DNA from: Gemmatimonadota bacterium
GTDB lineage: Bacteria > Gemmatimonadota > Gemmatimonadetes > Palauibacterales > Palauibacteraceae
Length of the DNA: 64,000 nt
Assembly (NCBI GenBank): GCA_965116475.1
Contig: OZ220691.1
Coordinates: 3,355,077-3,419,076, forward strand
Reading direction: 5' to 3'
Below are positions 32,544-43,693 of this stretch, one piece after another; positions within the stretch are counted from its first letter, which is position 1; every line of letters starts with the position of its first letter. The notes beneath the pieces are model-generated. The model was not told the origin of the DNA. It searched no databases and saw only the letters and a program-made list of their open reading frames with translations. Both the position numbers and the translations under genes were made by a program.

Positions 32544-33684
32544 CGGACCCCGACGCGACGGCGGTGGCGGGCTGCGACGCCATCCGCTCCGCGAGACTCG
32601 CGAGGAGCTGGTCGAAGGGGACGGCGAACTTCTCGACGCCCTCCGCCAGAAGCTGATCCGTGATCTCGTCCAGCTCGATTCCGACGGCGGCCAACTCCGC
32701 CATCGTGTGACGGGCCTCGTCGACACCGTTGGTCAGCGTGCCGGCGACGCGTCCGTGATCCCTGAAGGCGTCGATCGTCTTCTCCGGCAGGGTGTTGACC
32801 GTCAGGTCGCCGATGAGCGGCTCGACGTACATCACGTCGGAATACGCGGGATTCTTCGTGCTCGTGCTCGCCCACAGCATGCGTTGCGGACGGGCGCCGA
32901 GTCCTGCGAGACGGGCCCAGCGGTCCGTGGCCAGCCGCCGCTGAAACCCGACGTAGGCGAGTTTGGCGTTGGCGATCGCTGCTTTGCCGAGCAGGGCCTC
33001 ACAGCGCGCGGCGTCGCCCTCCGCGGCGTCGGCCAGCGCCCCGAGCTTCCGGTCGGTCAGCGCGTCGATCCGGCTCACGAAAAAGCTGGCCACGGAGGCG
33101 ACGCCATCGACCGGCCGTCCCGCTTCGATCCGCTGCTCGAGCGCCTCCGTGTGCGCGTCCGCCACCGCCTCGTATGCGGCGATGGAGAAGAGGAGCGTCA
33201 CGTTCACGTTCACGCCCTCGAACAGCGCCTGCCGGATGGCCGGGACGCCGGCCGGCGTGCCGGGAATCTTGATGAGGACGTTGGGGCGGGCCACCTCGTC
33301 GTGGAGGCGGCGGGCCTCCCGCACCGTGCCCTCCGTGTCGTTCGCCAGATGGGGGGAAACCTCGAGGGAAACGTATCCGTCGACCCCGCCCGAACTCTCC
33401 CACACGCCCCGCAGGACGTCGCAGGCGCCCTGAACGTCGGCGATCGTGAGGCGGTCGTAGACGCCTTCGACGCCGAGACCCGCGGCGGTGAAGCGGGCGA
33501 TGTCCTCATCGTACTGCGCGCTGCCCGTGATGGCGTTGTGGAAGATCGCGGGGTTCGAGGTGACCCCTCTCAACCCTTCGGCCTCGACCCGGCGAGCCAG
33601 CTCTCCGTCGACCAGCATCCCGCGCGTCAGGTTGTCGAGCCAATAGCTCTGGCCGTGCTCCTGAAGCTGAAGCAGCGCGCTCAT
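32533..33684 (-). CDS. tal: Transaldolase
   Basis: GVTSNPAIF and ...NVLIKIPGT... motifs. Confidence 0.85.
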   Translation of the reverse strand: MSALLQLQEHGQSYWLDNLTRGMLVDGELARRVEAEGLRGVTSNPAIFHNAITGSAQYDEDIARFTAAGLGVEGVYDRLTIADVQGACDVLRGVWESSGGVDGYVSLEVSPHLANDTEGTVREARRLHDEVARPNVLIKIPGTPAGVPAIRQALFEGVNVNVTLLFSIAAYEAVADAHTEALEQRIEAGRPVDGVASVASFFVSRIDALTDRKLGALADAAEGDAARCEALLGKAAIANAKLAYVGFQRRLATDRWARLAGLGARPQRMLWASTSTKNPAYSDVMYVEPLIGDLTVNTLPEKTIDAFRDHGRVAGTLTNGVDEARHTMAELAAVGIELDEITDQLLAEGVEKFAVPFDQLLASLAERMASQPATAVASGSATP

Positions 33685-33709
33685 CTCTCTCCCCTCCCCA
33701 TCGTGGGTC

Positions 33710-34171
33710 TCAGGTGTCTGATTTCAGGTGTCTGGCTTCGATGTCCAGAACTTTGTCGAGCCGTCTCCGATGCCTCGGCTCGGCCGAAAAATCCGCGGCC
33801 AGGAAGGCCTCGGTGATCGCGCGGGCGAGGGCGATCCCGATGACGCGCTCCCCCATGCAGAGGACGTTCATGTCGTCGTGATCGACCCCCTGCGCCGCCG
33901 AGTACGTGTCGTGGCATACGCCCGCCCGCACGCCCGGCACCTTGTTGGCGGCGATACAGACGCCAACGGCCGACCCGCAGATGACGATGCCGCGTTCCGC
34001 GTCGCCATGCGCCACCCGTTCGGCGACGGCGAAGGCGAAGTCGGGGTAGTCGACCGAGTCGGTGCCGTGCGTGCCGACATCGACGATGTCGTGGCCCGCA
34101 TCGCGAAGCTCGGCGGCGAGCACATCCTTGTAGCCTACGCCCGCGTGATCCGCCCCGATGGCGAGCTTCAC
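33710..34171 (-). CDS. rpiB: Ribose-5-phosphate isomerase B
   Basis: (V)[10 protein letters not shown]...[10 protein letters not shown]... The GTG start overlaps the tkt stop. Confidence 0.8.
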   Translation of the reverse strand: MKLAIGADHAGVGYKDVLAAELRDAGHDIVDVGTHGTDSVDYPDFAFAVAERVAHGDAERGIVICGSAVGVCIAANKVPGVRAGVCHDTYSAAQGVDHDDMNVLCMGERVIGIALARAITEAFLAADFSAEPRHRRRLDKVLDIEARHLKSDT

Positions 34172-36228
34172 CGCGACCCTTGCGCCGAGAGCGCTTCCAG
34201 GGCCCGCGCGACGACGGCCTCCGCGGTGAAGCCGAAATGGGCGAAGTTGTCCGCCGCCGATGCGGACTGGCCGAAGCGGTCGATCCCGATGACGGCGCCG
34301 TCCCGCCCCACCCATTCCGTCCACCCGAGGGTGGCGCCGGCTTCGATCGCGACCCGCGGCACGCCGGGGGGAAGGACGTCGTCCCGGTAGGCCGCGGGCT
34401 GTGCGCGGAACAGCTCCCAGCTCGGGAAGGAGACCACGCGCGCCGACATTCCCCCGGCTTCGAGGACGCTCGCCGCCTCGACCGCCACCTGCAGCTCGGA
34501 ACCGGTCCCGAGGAGCACGACCTGAAGGGGGCCGGGCTCCGGCCTGAGCACGTAGGCGCCGCGTCCCACCCCATCGCGGGCGGTGCCGGCCGCGCGCTCG
34601 AGATGGGAGACCTTCTGGCGCGTGAGCACGAGAATCGTCGGCCCCGAGCCGCGCTCGATCGCGACGCGCCACGCCTGAACGGTCTCCTCCGGGTCGGCGG
34701 GGCGCAGCACGACGACGCCGGGCATTGCCCGGAAGGAGGCGAGGTGTTCGATCGGCTGGTGCGTTGGCCCGTCGGCCCCGAGGCCGATCGAGTCGTGCGT
34801 CATCACGTAGATGTTGGGCAGTCCCATCAGCGCGGCGAGCCGCATCGACGGCCGGGCGTAGTCCGTGAAGGTGAAGAACGTGGCGATGTATGGCCGGATG
34901 CCGCCGTGGAGGACGAGTCCGTTCGCGATGGAGGCCATCGCGTGCTCGCGGATGCCCCACCGCAGGTTGCGGCCCTCGGGTGCGTCCCGCGAGAAGTTCG
35001 GCGAGTCGATCAACGTGTTGTTCGAGCCCGACAGGTCGGCGCTCCCGCCAATGAGTTCGGGGAGGCGGGGGGCGAGCGCGGTCAGGATCCGGCCGGAAGC
35101 GGCCCGCGTGGCGATCGGGTCGTCGTCCGGGCCGAAGCTCGGCAACTTCTCTTCCCACGCGTCCGGCAGATCCGACCGGATGCGGCGTTCGAATTCCGCG
35201 GCCAGCTTCGGGTGCTCGGCGCGGTAGCGCTCGAAGCGCGCTCCCCACTCCGCGGCGGATGCTTCACCGCGTGCGACCTGCTGCCCCATGTGGCTCCGGA
35301 CGGCGTCCGGCACGAGGAACGGAGGTTCCGCCGGCCAGCCGTACACTTCCTTGGTGAGCCGAACCTCTTCCTCGCCGAGCGGCGCGCCGTGCGCGGCGGC
35401 CGTGTCCTGCTTGTTCGGGGCGCCGTAGCCGATGTGCGAGCGGACGATGATCAGTGACGGGCGGTCCTCCACGCTCCGCGCGCCTTCGATCGCCGCGTCG
35501 AGCGCCGCCAGGTCGTTCGCGTCCCCGACGGACTGCACGTGCCATCCCATTGACTTGAATCGCCCGCGCACATCCTCCGAAAACGCGAGATCGATGTCGC
35601 CATCGATCGTGATCCTGTTGTCGTCGTAGAGCCAGAGAAGCTTGCCGAGGCCCAGGTGTCCGGCCAGCGAGGCCGCCTCGTACGAGACGCCCTCCATGAG
35701 GTCGCCGTCGCTGCAGATGACGTACGTCCGGTGATCGACGATCGCATGGCCCGGCCGGTTGAACACCGCCGCGAGATGCGCTTCGGCGATCGCCATCCCC
35801 ACGGAGTTCGCGACGCCCTGGCCCAGCGGGCCGGTGGTCGTCTCGACGCCGTTGACGTGGCCGTACTCGGGGTGGCCCGCGGTGCAACTCCCCGCCCGCC
35901 GGAAATTGCGGATTTCGTCAAGGGGGAGGTCGAACCCGGTGAGGTGGAGAACGGCATACTGGAGGATCGCGGCGTGGCCGGCGGAGAGCACGAACCGGTC
36001 CCGGCCGAACCAGGCGGGGTCCCCCGGGCTGTAGCGCATGTGGCGCATCCACAGGGTGTACGCCACGGGGGCGAGCGCCATCGCCGTGCCGGGGTGCCCG
36101 GAGCCAGCTCGCTGGACGGCGTCCATGGCGAGCGTGCGGATCGTGTCGATGGACCGGGATTCTACGGAAGGGTCCGCGCCCGGAGCGGCGGACCCGGAAA
36201 TGGCTTCGACGGTCCCTGTTTCGTTCAA
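34168..36228 (-). CDS. tkt: Transketolase
   Basis: TPP-binding motifs ([18 protein letters not shown]) and the transketolase pyrimidine domain. Confidence 0.9.
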   Translation of the reverse strand: MNETGTVEAISGSAAPGADPSVESRSIDTIRTLAMDAVQRAGSGHPGTAMALAPVAYTLWMRHMRYSPGDPAWFGRDRFVLSAGHAAILQYAVLHLTGFDLPLDEIRNFRRAGSCTAGHPEYGHVNGVETTTGPLGQGVANSVGMAIAEAHLAAVFNRPGHAIVDHRTYVICSDGDLMEGVSYEAASLAGHLGLGKLLWLYDDNRITIDGDIDLAFSEDVRGRFKSMGWHVQSVGDANDLAALDAAIEGARSVEDRPSLIIVRSHIGYGAPNKQDTAAAHGAPLGEEEVRLTKEVYGWPAEPPFLVPDAVRSHMGQQVARGEASAAEWGARFERYRAEHPKLAAEFERRIRSDLPDAWEEKLPSFGPDDDPIATRAASGRILTALAPRLPELIGGSADLSGSNNTLIDSPNFSRDAPEGRNLRWGIREHAMASIANGLVLHGGIRPYIATFFTFTDYARPSMRLAALMGLPNIYVMTHDSIGLGADGPTHQPIEHLASFRAMPGVVVLRPADPEETVQAWRVAIERGSGPTILVLTRQKVSHLERAAGTARDGVGRGAYVLRPEPGPLQVVLLGTGSELQVAVEAASVLEAGGMSARVVSFPSWELFRAQPAAYRDDVLPPGVPRVAIEAGATLGWTEWVGRDGAVIGIDRFGQSASAADNFAHFGFTAEAVVARALEALSAQGSR

Positions 36229-36449
36229 AAGCCCTCGCGCGAGTTGAGTCGCCCTTGGCTGGCCCGCAATGCCGGGAAGAATGTCGGGAAGCCGGAGGCC
36301 GCGCGAGACTACTCGTGCTGGGCGGGCCGCTTCGGCGGAGCGAACATAAGGTGTCGAGGCGCTGCCGGAAAAGGCTCCGTGGTGAAGCGCGCGACGTCGG
36401 TGGCGATGGCCCGCCGACGACGGATACGTTGCCCCTCGTGAGCGATCAG

Positions 36450-37235
36450 ATGTTCTTCGCCGATGGTCTTGCGGGTCTGGAGGCCGGGGCGCGGGCCGAC
36501 CTCGCGATCGACGAGGTGAGCCATGTCCGCGCCGCCCGGATCCGCCCCGGCCGTCGTCTCGCGGTCATCGACGGCGCGGGAGCCCGCTGGGAGGCGGAAC
36601 TCGTTGCCCTGGACCGGCGCCGCGCCAGCTGTCGGCTGCTCGCTCCCGTTCCGCCGGAACCCCTGCTCCCGCTGCACCTCTGGGCCCCCGTGGCGAATCG
36701 CGAGCGGTCCCTGTGGCTCGTCGAGAAGGTCGTGGAGCTGGGCGCCGCCACGATCACCTGGATCGAGTGGGAGCGGTCGCGCTCCGTGGCGGATGCCGGT
36801 CGCTCCGACGGCTTTCTGCGCCGGGCGGAGGGCCGCGTGAGGGCGGCGCTGAAGCAGTCGGGCCGCAGTTGGCTCCCCCGGCTGAAGGGATCCCGGGCGC
36901 CGGAGGAGGCGCTCGTCCGCCACGACGGAGCCGGGTGGCTGGCCGACGCAGCTGGGCGGCCCTGGCTCTCGGCCGGAATCGCTTGCGGCCGGAAGGGGTC
37001 GCGCGCCGCAGGCGGACTGACCGTCGCGGTGGGGCCGGAGGGAGGCTTGACGAGTGCGGAGCGGCGTCGCTGCCTGGAGGCCGGCTTCGAACCGGTTTCC
37101 CTGGGTCCGGCCGCGTTGAGGTTCGAGACCGCCGCGGTGGTCGCCGTGGCGGCGGCAGCGGCGGTGCTGGCGTGGGACGAAAACGAGGCAGATAACGAAG
37201 CAGGCGACGAGGCAGCCGACGAGGGGACGACATGA
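36450..37235 (+). CDS. rsmE: 16S rRNA (uracil1498-N3)-methyltransferase RsmE
   Basis: C-terminal SPOUT knot motifs ([13 protein letters not shown]..., [13 protein letters not shown]). ATG at 36450; an alternative GTG lies at 36438. Confidence 0.7.
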   Translation: MFFADGLAGLEAGARADLAIDEVSHVRAARIRPGRRLAVIDGAGARWEAELVALDRRRASCRLLAPVPPEPLLPLHLWAPVANRERSLWLVEKVVELGAATITWIEWERSRSVADAGRSDGFLRRAEGRVRAALKQSGRSWLPRLKGSRAPEEALVRHDGAGWLADAAGRPWLSAGIACGRKGSRAAGGLTVAVGPEGGLTSAERRRCLEAGFEPVSLGPAALRFETAAVVAVAAAAAVLAWDENEADNEAGDEAADEGTT

Positions 37236-37567
37236 CGGACTGCGTATTCTGCAGCATCGCTTCGGGGGAGATCGAGGCCACGATCGTCGCCGAGGGGGAC
37301 GACTGGGTGGCGTTCGGGGACCTCGAACCCCAGGCGCCGGTGCATGTGCTCGTGATCCCCCGGGCGCATGTGTCGAGCCTCGCGACGCTCTCGGAAGGGC
37401 CGCTCGGAACCCGGCTCCTGCTCGCCTGCGCGGCCGTAGCCGACGCGGAGGGGCTGGGCGGCGGGTACCGCGTGGTCACGAATGTCGGCGAAGACGGCGG
37501 CCAGGCCGTGCCGCACCTGCACTTCCACGTGCTCGGCGCTCGCCGCATGGGCTGGCCGCCCGGGTAG
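37232..37567 (+). CDS. HIT family protein (histidine triad nucleotide-binding)
   Basis: CVFCSIA... and HLHFHVLG histidine triad. Confidence 0.8.
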   Translation: MTDCVFCSIASGEIEATIVAEGDDWVAFGDLEPQAPVHVLVIPRAHVSSLATLSEGPLGTRLLLACAAVADAEGLGGGYRVVTNVGEDGGQAVPHLHFHVLGARRMGWPPG

Positions 37568-37572
37568 CCGCC

Positions 37573-39966
37573 GTGGATCACGCGCTCAGGGTGATCGAGT
37601 TCGACCGCGTGCTGGCGGCGGTCGGCGAACGCGCCGTATCGGAAGCGGGCCGCTCCGCGGTGCGCCGACTCCGGCCGCTTCCGGATGCGGCATCCGCGCG
37701 CCGCTCGCTCGCGGCCGTGCACGAACTTCGGGAACTCATCGGCAGCCGGGACGGGTGGGTACTGGATCCGATCGCGCCGCTGGACGGAGCCCTCCGGCGG
37801 CTCGCGATCGAGGACGCGGCGCTGGAGCCGCCTCAATTGCTCGCGTGCGGACAGGTCATGGCCGTCGCGCGCGCCGTGAGCCGACTGGAGGCGCGCCTCG
37901 ATCCCGACGGGCTCCCGGCGGAGCACGTCAGCCGGTTGTGGGGGGAGGCGGTCCTCGAGAAACGGATTGCGCGCACCTTCGATGCGACGGGAGCGGTCGC
38001 GGATGGAGCCTCGCAGGAGCTTCGGCGCATCCGCCGGGCGCTCGCGACGCGGCGCGGCCGGCTCGTCGACGAACTCACCCGCTACGCCCGCTCGCTCCCG
38101 GAGCGCGTTCGCGTGCGCGACGCCTCGGTCACGGTCCGCAACGGCCGCTACTGCATCCCCGTCCGCCGCGAGGGCAAGGGGATCGCCGGCGGTCTCGTCC
38201 ACGACGCTTCCGCCAGCCGCCAGACCCTGTTCGTCGAGCCGTCGCGCGCCATCGAGGCGATGAACGAGATCCGTGAACTGGAACTCGGCGAAGCACGCGA
38301 GGTGGACCGGATCTTGCGGGACCTCTCTTCGGCCGTGCGCGCCCGCGCGACGGAACTCGCCCTCTCCTACGCCGCTCTCGTGGAGCTGGACTCGCTCCGC
38401 GCCCGCGCGCTCTTCGCGGACGAGATGGACGCATCGCCCCCCGCCTTCGTCGATGCATCCTCCGAAGGAATCCACGTTCGCGGCGCTCGTCATCCTCTTC
38501 TCGCCCTCGACGCCGCCGGAGCCGTCCCGTTCGACCTCGACCTGTCGGCGGATGAGCGCGTCCTTCTCGTGTCGGGGCCGAACGCGGGCGGGAAGACGGT
38601 GTTTCTCAAGACGCTAGGCCTGCTGTGCGCCCTCTCGCAGAGCGGCGTCCTGCCGCCGCTCGGCGCCGGGAGCCGGATCCCGTTCTTCGGTCGCTTCTTC
38701 GCGGTCATCGGGGACGAACAGTCGATCGAAGCGTCGCTCTCCACCTTCGGCGCGCAGGCGCGCAACCTGGCCGAGATCCTGAACGAGGCCGGAGCGCGGG
38801 ACCTCGTTCTCTTCGACGAGATCGGCAGCGCGACGGATCCGGCCGAGGGGGGCGCGCTTGCGGCGGCATCGCTGCGGCGCCTGGCTCGGCAGGCGCGTCT
38901 CACGGTGGCGACGACGCACCTCGGCGACCTCAAGCGCCTCGCCGACGAGAAGGCGGCGGCGGTGAACGCCTCGCTGGAGTTCGATGGAACGCGGCTCGAG
39001 CCCACGTACCGCCTGGTGAGGGACCGGCCCGGCCGCAGCTACGCGCTCGTCATCGCGGCGCGGCTGGGGGTTCCGGATGACGTCCTCGCCGATGCGCGCG
39101 ACCGGCTCGGGCCGGAGCACGTCTCGCTGGACACGCTCCTCGCCCGCCTCGAGGCCGAACGGGGCGAGGTCGAGGACCTCCGGGCCCAACTCGAGCGCCG
39201 GGCCGGAGAAACGGCCGAGCGCGAACGCGACCTCGCGTCCAGGGAGACCGCCCTCGCCGATTCGGAGCGCGCCGCCGCTCGTCGACGGGAAGCGGCGCGG
39301 CTCGCGGCGCTGCGGGAGGCGCGAGAGCGGGTGGAGGGTGCGATCTCACGCCTCGAGGCCGAATTCGCCGCGGGGGATGAGGTGCGCCGACGGGAGGCGA
39401 AGCGGTCCGCGCGGGGCGAAGTGGAGCGCGCGCTCCGGGCGTCTTCGCGCGCGCTTCGCTCGCTGGGCGATTCCACCCCTTCGTCCCCTTCGTCGGCGGA
39501 GCGAACGGTCGGCGTCGGCGATACCGTGCGCTGGGACGCGTCCGACCGGCCGGCGCGCCTCGTCGAGATTCGTGACGATCGCGGCGTCATCGAAGTGGGC
39601 GAACTGCGGCTCACGGTACCGCTGCGGGACCTGGCGCCCCATTCTGCACCGGCGAACCGTTCGTCCGGGGCGGCCGGGGTCCGGGAAGCCGGCGGACCGC
39701 CGCAGCGCCGGCCGGACTTCAGCGTCGCCACGGAGGTCGATCTCAGGGGGTTGCGCGTCGACGAGGTGGAGGGGGCGCTCAACCCGGCCGTTGATGCGGC
39801 CGTGGTCGGAGACCTCCCGTGGCTCAGGATCATTCACGGGAAGGGAACGGGCGCGCTGCGGGAGCGGGTCGGGCAACTGCTCGCCGGGGATCCGCGGATC
39901 CGGCTCTCCAGAACCGGTGAGCCGAACGAAGGAGGCACGGGCGTCACGGTCGTGGAATTCGAGTGA
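37573..39966 (+). CDS. mutS2: Endonuclease MutS2 (MutS domain + C-terminal Smr)
   Basis: Walker A GPNAGGKT, coiled-coil linker and a C-terminal Smr domain (VDLRGLRVDE..., IIHGKGTGALR). Confidence 0.85.
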   Translation: MDHALRVIEFDRVLAAVGERAVSEAGRSAVRRLRPLPDAASARRSLAAVHELRELIGSRDGWVLDPIAPLDGALRRLAIEDAALEPPQLLACGQVMAVARAVSRLEARLDPDGLPAEHVSRLWGEAVLEKRIARTFDATGAVADGASQELRRIRRALATRRGRLVDELTRYARSLPERVRVRDASVTVRNGRYCIPVRREGKGIAGGLVHDASASRQTLFVEPSRAIEAMNEIRELELGEAREVDRILRDLSSAVRARATELALSYAALVELDSLRARALFADEMDASPPAFVDASSEGIHVRGARHPLLALDAAGAVPFDLDLSADERVLLVSGPNAGGKTVFLKTLGLLCALSQSGVLPPLGAGSRIPFFGRFFAVIGDEQSIEASLSTFGAQARNLAEILNEAGARDLVLFDEIGSATDPAEGGALAAASLRRLARQARLTVATTHLGDLKRLADEKAAAVNASLEFDGTRLEPTYRLVRDRPGRSYALVIAARLGVPDDVLADARDRLGPEHVSLDTLLARLEAERGEVEDLRAQLERRAGETAERERDLASRETALADSERAAARRREAARLAALREARERVEGAISRLEAEFAAGDEVRRREAKRSARGEVERALRASSRALRSLGDSTPSSPSSAERTVGVGDTVRWDASDRPARLVEIRDDRGVIEVGELRLTVPLRDLAPHSAPANRSSGAAGVREAGGPPQRRPDFSVATEVDLRGLRVDEVEGALNPAVDAAVVGDLPWLRIIHGKGTGALRERVGQLLAGDPRIRLSRTGEPNEGGTGVTVVEFE

Positions 39967-40029
39967 ACGCGGGTTGCGCGCGGTGCGCGGGATGATGGGC
40001 CGCTCGGGCCCCGGCTCGGGGGAGGGCTC

Positions 40030-41844
40030 GTGGTGAGCGACAGCCTCGTAGAGGACATCCGGGCCCGGGCGGACATCCTCGAGGTCGTGGGCGAGTACGT
40101 CCAGCTTCGACGATCGGGCAAGAGCTACCGCGGCCCCTGTCCCCTGCACGGCGGCGACGGCCCGAACTTCTCCGTCGACCCGCAGCGCCAGATGTTCAAG
40201 TGCTTCGTCTGCGGGGAGGGCGGGGACGTCTACGGCTTCCTGATGAAGCACCTCGGATTCGACTTCCCGGAGGCGGTGCGCCACGTGGGCGCGAGAGTCG
40301 GGATAGAGGTTCCGGACCGGGAGGAGCGGCGCGAGGATCCGTATGCGCCGCTGCGGGGCGTGCTCGCCTTTGCGGCCGAGTGGTTCCAGGGCCGGCTGCG
40401 CGAACCGGCCGGCGCCGGGGCGCGCGACTATCTCAAGGGGCGCGGACTGTCGCTGGAGGAAGCGCTCGACTTCGGGCTGGGCTACGCGGACGACGAATGG
40501 CGGGCGCTCCGTTCCGCGGCGGCCCGACACGGGATCGAGGAGCGCACGCTGCTCGAACTCGGGCTGCTCGCGACGAGCGAGAGGGCGGAGGAGCCGTACG
40601 ACCGTTTTCGCGGGCGTCTGATGTTCACGATCCACGACCTGCGCGACCGGCCGATCGGCTTCGGCGGCCGCATCCTCGACGCCTCCTCCGATGCGCCCAA
40701 GTACATCAACTCGCCCGAATCGCCCGTCTTTCACAAGGGGGAAGAGCTGTACGGCCTCAACCGGGCCCGGCACGCCATGCGTCGGGAGGGCCACGCGGCG
40801 ATCGCGGAGGGGTTTACCGACGTGATCGCGCTGCACCGGGCCGGCCTCGGCTTCGCGGTCGCGGGGCTGGGGACCTCCTTCACGGCGGACCAGGCGCGCC
40901 GCATCGGCCGATACACGAAACGGGCCTATCTGCTCTACGACAGCGACCTCGCCGGGCTGCGCGCGACCTTCCGGACGGGGGATATCCTGTTGGCCGCCGG
41001 AATCCACCCGATGGTCGTGTCGCTCCCTTCCGGCGAAGATCCGGACTCCCTCATCCGGCGGGACGGCCCGGCCGCCATCCGGCAGCTCCTGGACGACGCG
41101 GTGGATCTCCTCGAGCGGAAGCTCCAGATCCTCCGCCGCGAGGGGTACCTCGACCGGGTCGAGGGGCGCCGCCGCGCGGTGGATGGCCTGCTCAGCACCC
41201 TGAGGGCGGTCTCCGATCCGGCGCTCCGCGACATCTACGTGGACAGGGCGGTGGAAGGACTGGGCATACGGCGCGACACGCTCGTGGATGAAATCGCGCG
41301 CCTCGAACGTTCCCGGCTTCGACGCCGTCCCTCCGCCGCCGGCGCGGGCCGTCCCCGTCGCGGGCCGTCTCCGGTGTCGCGAACGGAGCACGATTTTCTT
41401 CTCCTGCTCGTGCGCGATCCGGCGCTCACGCGGCAGGCCGTGCGCGTCGGCATCGTCCCCGGCCACATGTCCGACCCGCGCGGCCGCGAACTGTTCGAGA
41501 TCCTGTCGGCGGCATCGGACGAGGGGGTCGATTCTCCGGACTGGACAACCGCCTCCGCCGAGACCGGGGAATTGGCGAAGACGTTGCGGGAGTCCGACCG
41601 GGAGCTTCCGGACGCCGCTCGGGTATTCGACGCCGTGGTGCGCCGGCTTCTCTATCGACGGCATCGGGAACGGATCGAGGAGATTGGCCGCGCCATCGAG
41701 CTTGCGGAGCCGGAGCAGCAACGTCGATTGTTGGGTGAGAAACAGGAACTCGTGCGCGAACTTCGTGCCGCGGGCGAGTCGGGAGCGTTCATGCCGGCGG
41801 CGGAGGCGAGACGCCCCCCGCCTGCCGGGGCGACGCAGCGATGA
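40030..41844 (+). CDS. dnaG: DNA primase
   Basis: Zinc-binding CPLHGGDGPNFSV...CFVCGEGG and TOPRIM (EGFTDVIALH). Confidence 0.85.
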   Translation: MVSDSLVEDIRARADILEVVGEYVQLRRSGKSYRGPCPLHGGDGPNFSVDPQRQMFKCFVCGEGGDVYGFLMKHLGFDFPEAVRHVGARVGIEVPDREERREDPYAPLRGVLAFAAEWFQGRLREPAGAGARDYLKGRGLSLEEALDFGLGYADDEWRALRSAAARHGIEERTLLELGLLATSERAEEPYDRFRGRLMFTIHDLRDRPIGFGGRILDASSDAPKYINSPESPVFHKGEELYGLNRARHAMRREGHAAIAEGFTDVIALHRAGLGFAVAGLGTSFTADQARRIGRYTKRAYLLYDSDLAGLRATFRTGDILLAAGIHPMVVSLPSGEDPDSLIRRDGPAAIRQLLDDAVDLLERKLQILRREGYLDRVEGRRRAVDGLLSTLRAVSDPALRDIYVDRAVEGLGIRRDTLVDEIARLERSRLRRRPSAAGAGRPRRGPSPVSRTEHDFLLLLVRDPALTRQAVRVGIVPGHMSDPRGRELFEILSAASDEGVDSPDWTTASAETGELAKTLRESDRELPDAARVFDAVVRRLLYRRHRERIEEIGRAIELAEPEQQRRLLGEKQELVRELRAAGESGAFMPAAEARRPPPAGATQR

Positions 41845-42578
41845 CAGCCGGAGAGCGTATGCAAGCGAGCGATATCGTCGAGGAGTTACTCACTCTTCAG
41901 GAGATTGATCACAAGATCCTGAAGATAGAGGATGAACTCGAGAGTCTCGGCCGGGAGGAGGCCGGGCTCCGGGAAACCGTGGAGACGCTGGAGTCGCAGG
42001 TCGCGCGGATCCGGGCGGAAGCGGAGGAGGCGGAAGGGCGCGTGCGGCAGTTCCACCGGGCGGTGGAGGCCGGCAGGGCGACGCTCAAGCGCCTCGAAGC
42101 GCGCTCGGTCGCGGTGGCGAACATGCAGCAACATCTCGCGGTGCGGAGCGAAACGGACACGGCCCGGCGCAACCTGCGGGCGGCGGAGGATGACCAGCTC
42201 GACGCCATGCAGGACGTGGAGACGGCGCGCGGGGCGCTCAAGGCGGCGGAGGCGGAGTTGCGGGAGGCCGCGGCACGGCTGGCGGAGCGGAGCGCCGCCG
42301 CGGAGGAACTGCGGGCGACCCTGGAGGGAGATCTTCAGAATTGCGGCGCGAGCCGGGAAACGCATGAAAGCCGGCTGGACCGCCGGGCGCTGCAGCTGTA
42401 CCGGACGGCGGGCGGAGGCGGGCGCCAGGCGGCGCTTGCCGAACTCACCGGCGACGGGGTGTGCGGCCGCTGCTACACGGCGATACCGAAACAGCAACAG
42501 GCCGAGATCCGGGCGCGGCGGCATCTCGCCGTCTGCGAGGGTTGCGGGATCATCCTCTACCCGGGGGTTCTCGCCTGA
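41841..42578 (+). CDS. Coiled-coil protein with C-terminal C4 zinc ribbon (COG1579-like)
   Basis: Long coiled coil followed by CGRC...CEGCG. Confidence 0.55.
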   Translation: MTAGERMQASDIVEELLTLQEIDHKILKIEDELESLGREEAGLRETVETLESQVARIRAEAEEAEGRVRQFHRAVEAGRATLKRLEARSVAVANMQQHLAVRSETDTARRNLRAAEDDQLDAMQDVETARGALKAAEAELREAAARLAERSAAAEELRATLEGDLQNCGASRETHESRLDRRALQLYRTAGGGGRQAALAELTGDGVCGRCYTAIPKQQQAEIRARRHLAVCEGCGIILYPGVLA

Positions 42579-42591
42579 CGCGCCCGGTCAT

Positions 42592-43167
42592 TTGAGGCTT
42601 CGCATCATCGCGGGCGACCTGGGCGGCCGCTTCATCGACGCCCCCCGTGGACGGCGTACCCGTCCGACGGCGGAGCGGGTGCGGGAGGCCTGGTTCTCCG
42701 CGCTCGCGGGCGATGTCGACGGGGCGCGGGTCGCCGACCTCTACGCCGGCTCCGGGGCTTTGGGCATCGAGGCGCTGTCGCGAGGTGCGGCGCACGTTCA
42801 TTTTGTCGAGTCGGATCGCGGGGCTGTGGCGCTGCTGCGTCGCAATGTCGCGACGCTCGATCTCGCGGACCGATCTCGCGTCGTGCGAGACGACGCCATC
42901 GCCTGGGTCGACGGTCTCGACGAACCGGAAGATGCGGCCGGACCGGGCGCGCCGCTCGACCTGATCCTCGCGGATCCACCGTATGCGTCCACCGGCGGCG
43001 CGCGGCTGGTCGAGCGCTTCCGAGCCCGTCCGTTCGCCTCACAGCTGTGGGTCGAGCATCGTCCGGACGCCGAATGGGCGGCCGCGGCCGATTGGACGAG
43101 GGAATACGGTGACACCTGCGTCAGCCGCTTCCGGGCTCCGGCCGACGCGTCAACCCCAACACTCTGA
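42592..43167 (+). CDS. rsmD: 16S rRNA (guanine966-N2)-methyltransferase RsmD
   Basis: LRIIAGDLGGR..., DLYAGSGALGIEALSRGA, LADPPY. TTG start assumed. Confidence 0.7.
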   Translation: MRLRIIAGDLGGRFIDAPRGRRTRPTAERVREAWFSALAGDVDGARVADLYAGSGALGIEALSRGAAHVHFVESDRGAVALLRRNVATLDLADRSRVVRDDAIAWVDGLDEPEDAAGPGAPLDLILADPPYASTGGARLVERFRARPFASQLWVEHRPDAEWAAAADWTREYGDTCVSRFRAPADASTPTL

Positions 43168-43178
43168 CGGGGAACCCG

Positions 43179-43676
43179 ATGAACAACGCCGTCGCCGTGT
43201 ACCCCGGCTCGTTCGACCCGCTGACGGTCGGACACGAGGACATCGTGCGCAGGAGCCTGGGGGTCGTCGAGCGCCTGATCGTCGCCGTCGCCGAGACGGC
43301 CACGCAGGCCAAGTCGGGGCTGTTCGAGATCGAGGAACGCGTCGATCTGATCCGCGAGGTGTTTGCGGACGAACCCCGGATCGAGGCGACCTCCTTCTCG
43401 GGTCTGCTCGTGGATTTTGCCCGTGCCCGCAGGGCCCGGATCATCGTCCGCGGGCTGCGGGCCGTGAGCGACTTCGAGTACGAGTTTCAGATGGCGCTCA
43501 TGAACCGCTCGCTCTGGCCCGACGTCGAAGTCCTCTTCATGGCGCCCTCGACGCGCCACACGTTCCTGAGCTCCTCGCTCGTGCGCGAAGTCGGACGGCT
43601 GGGCGGAGATGTGACGGACTTCGTGAGCCCGGTCGTGAAGGCCCGCATGGACCGCGCGTTCGGGCGCGACGCATAG
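43179..43676 (+). CDS. coaD: Phosphopantetheine adenylyltransferase
   Basis: AVYPGSFDPLTVGHEDI... is a canonical CoaD. Confidence 0.9.
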   Translation: MNNAVAVYPGSFDPLTVGHEDIVRRSLGVVERLIVAVAETATQAKSGLFEIEERVDLIREVFADEPRIEATSFSGLLVDFARARRARIIVRGLRAVSDFEYEFQMALMNRSLWPDVEVLFMAPSTRHTFLSSSLVREVGRLGGDVTDFVSPVVKARMDRAFGRDA

Positions 43677-43693
43677 TCGCCACGGACTGCCAG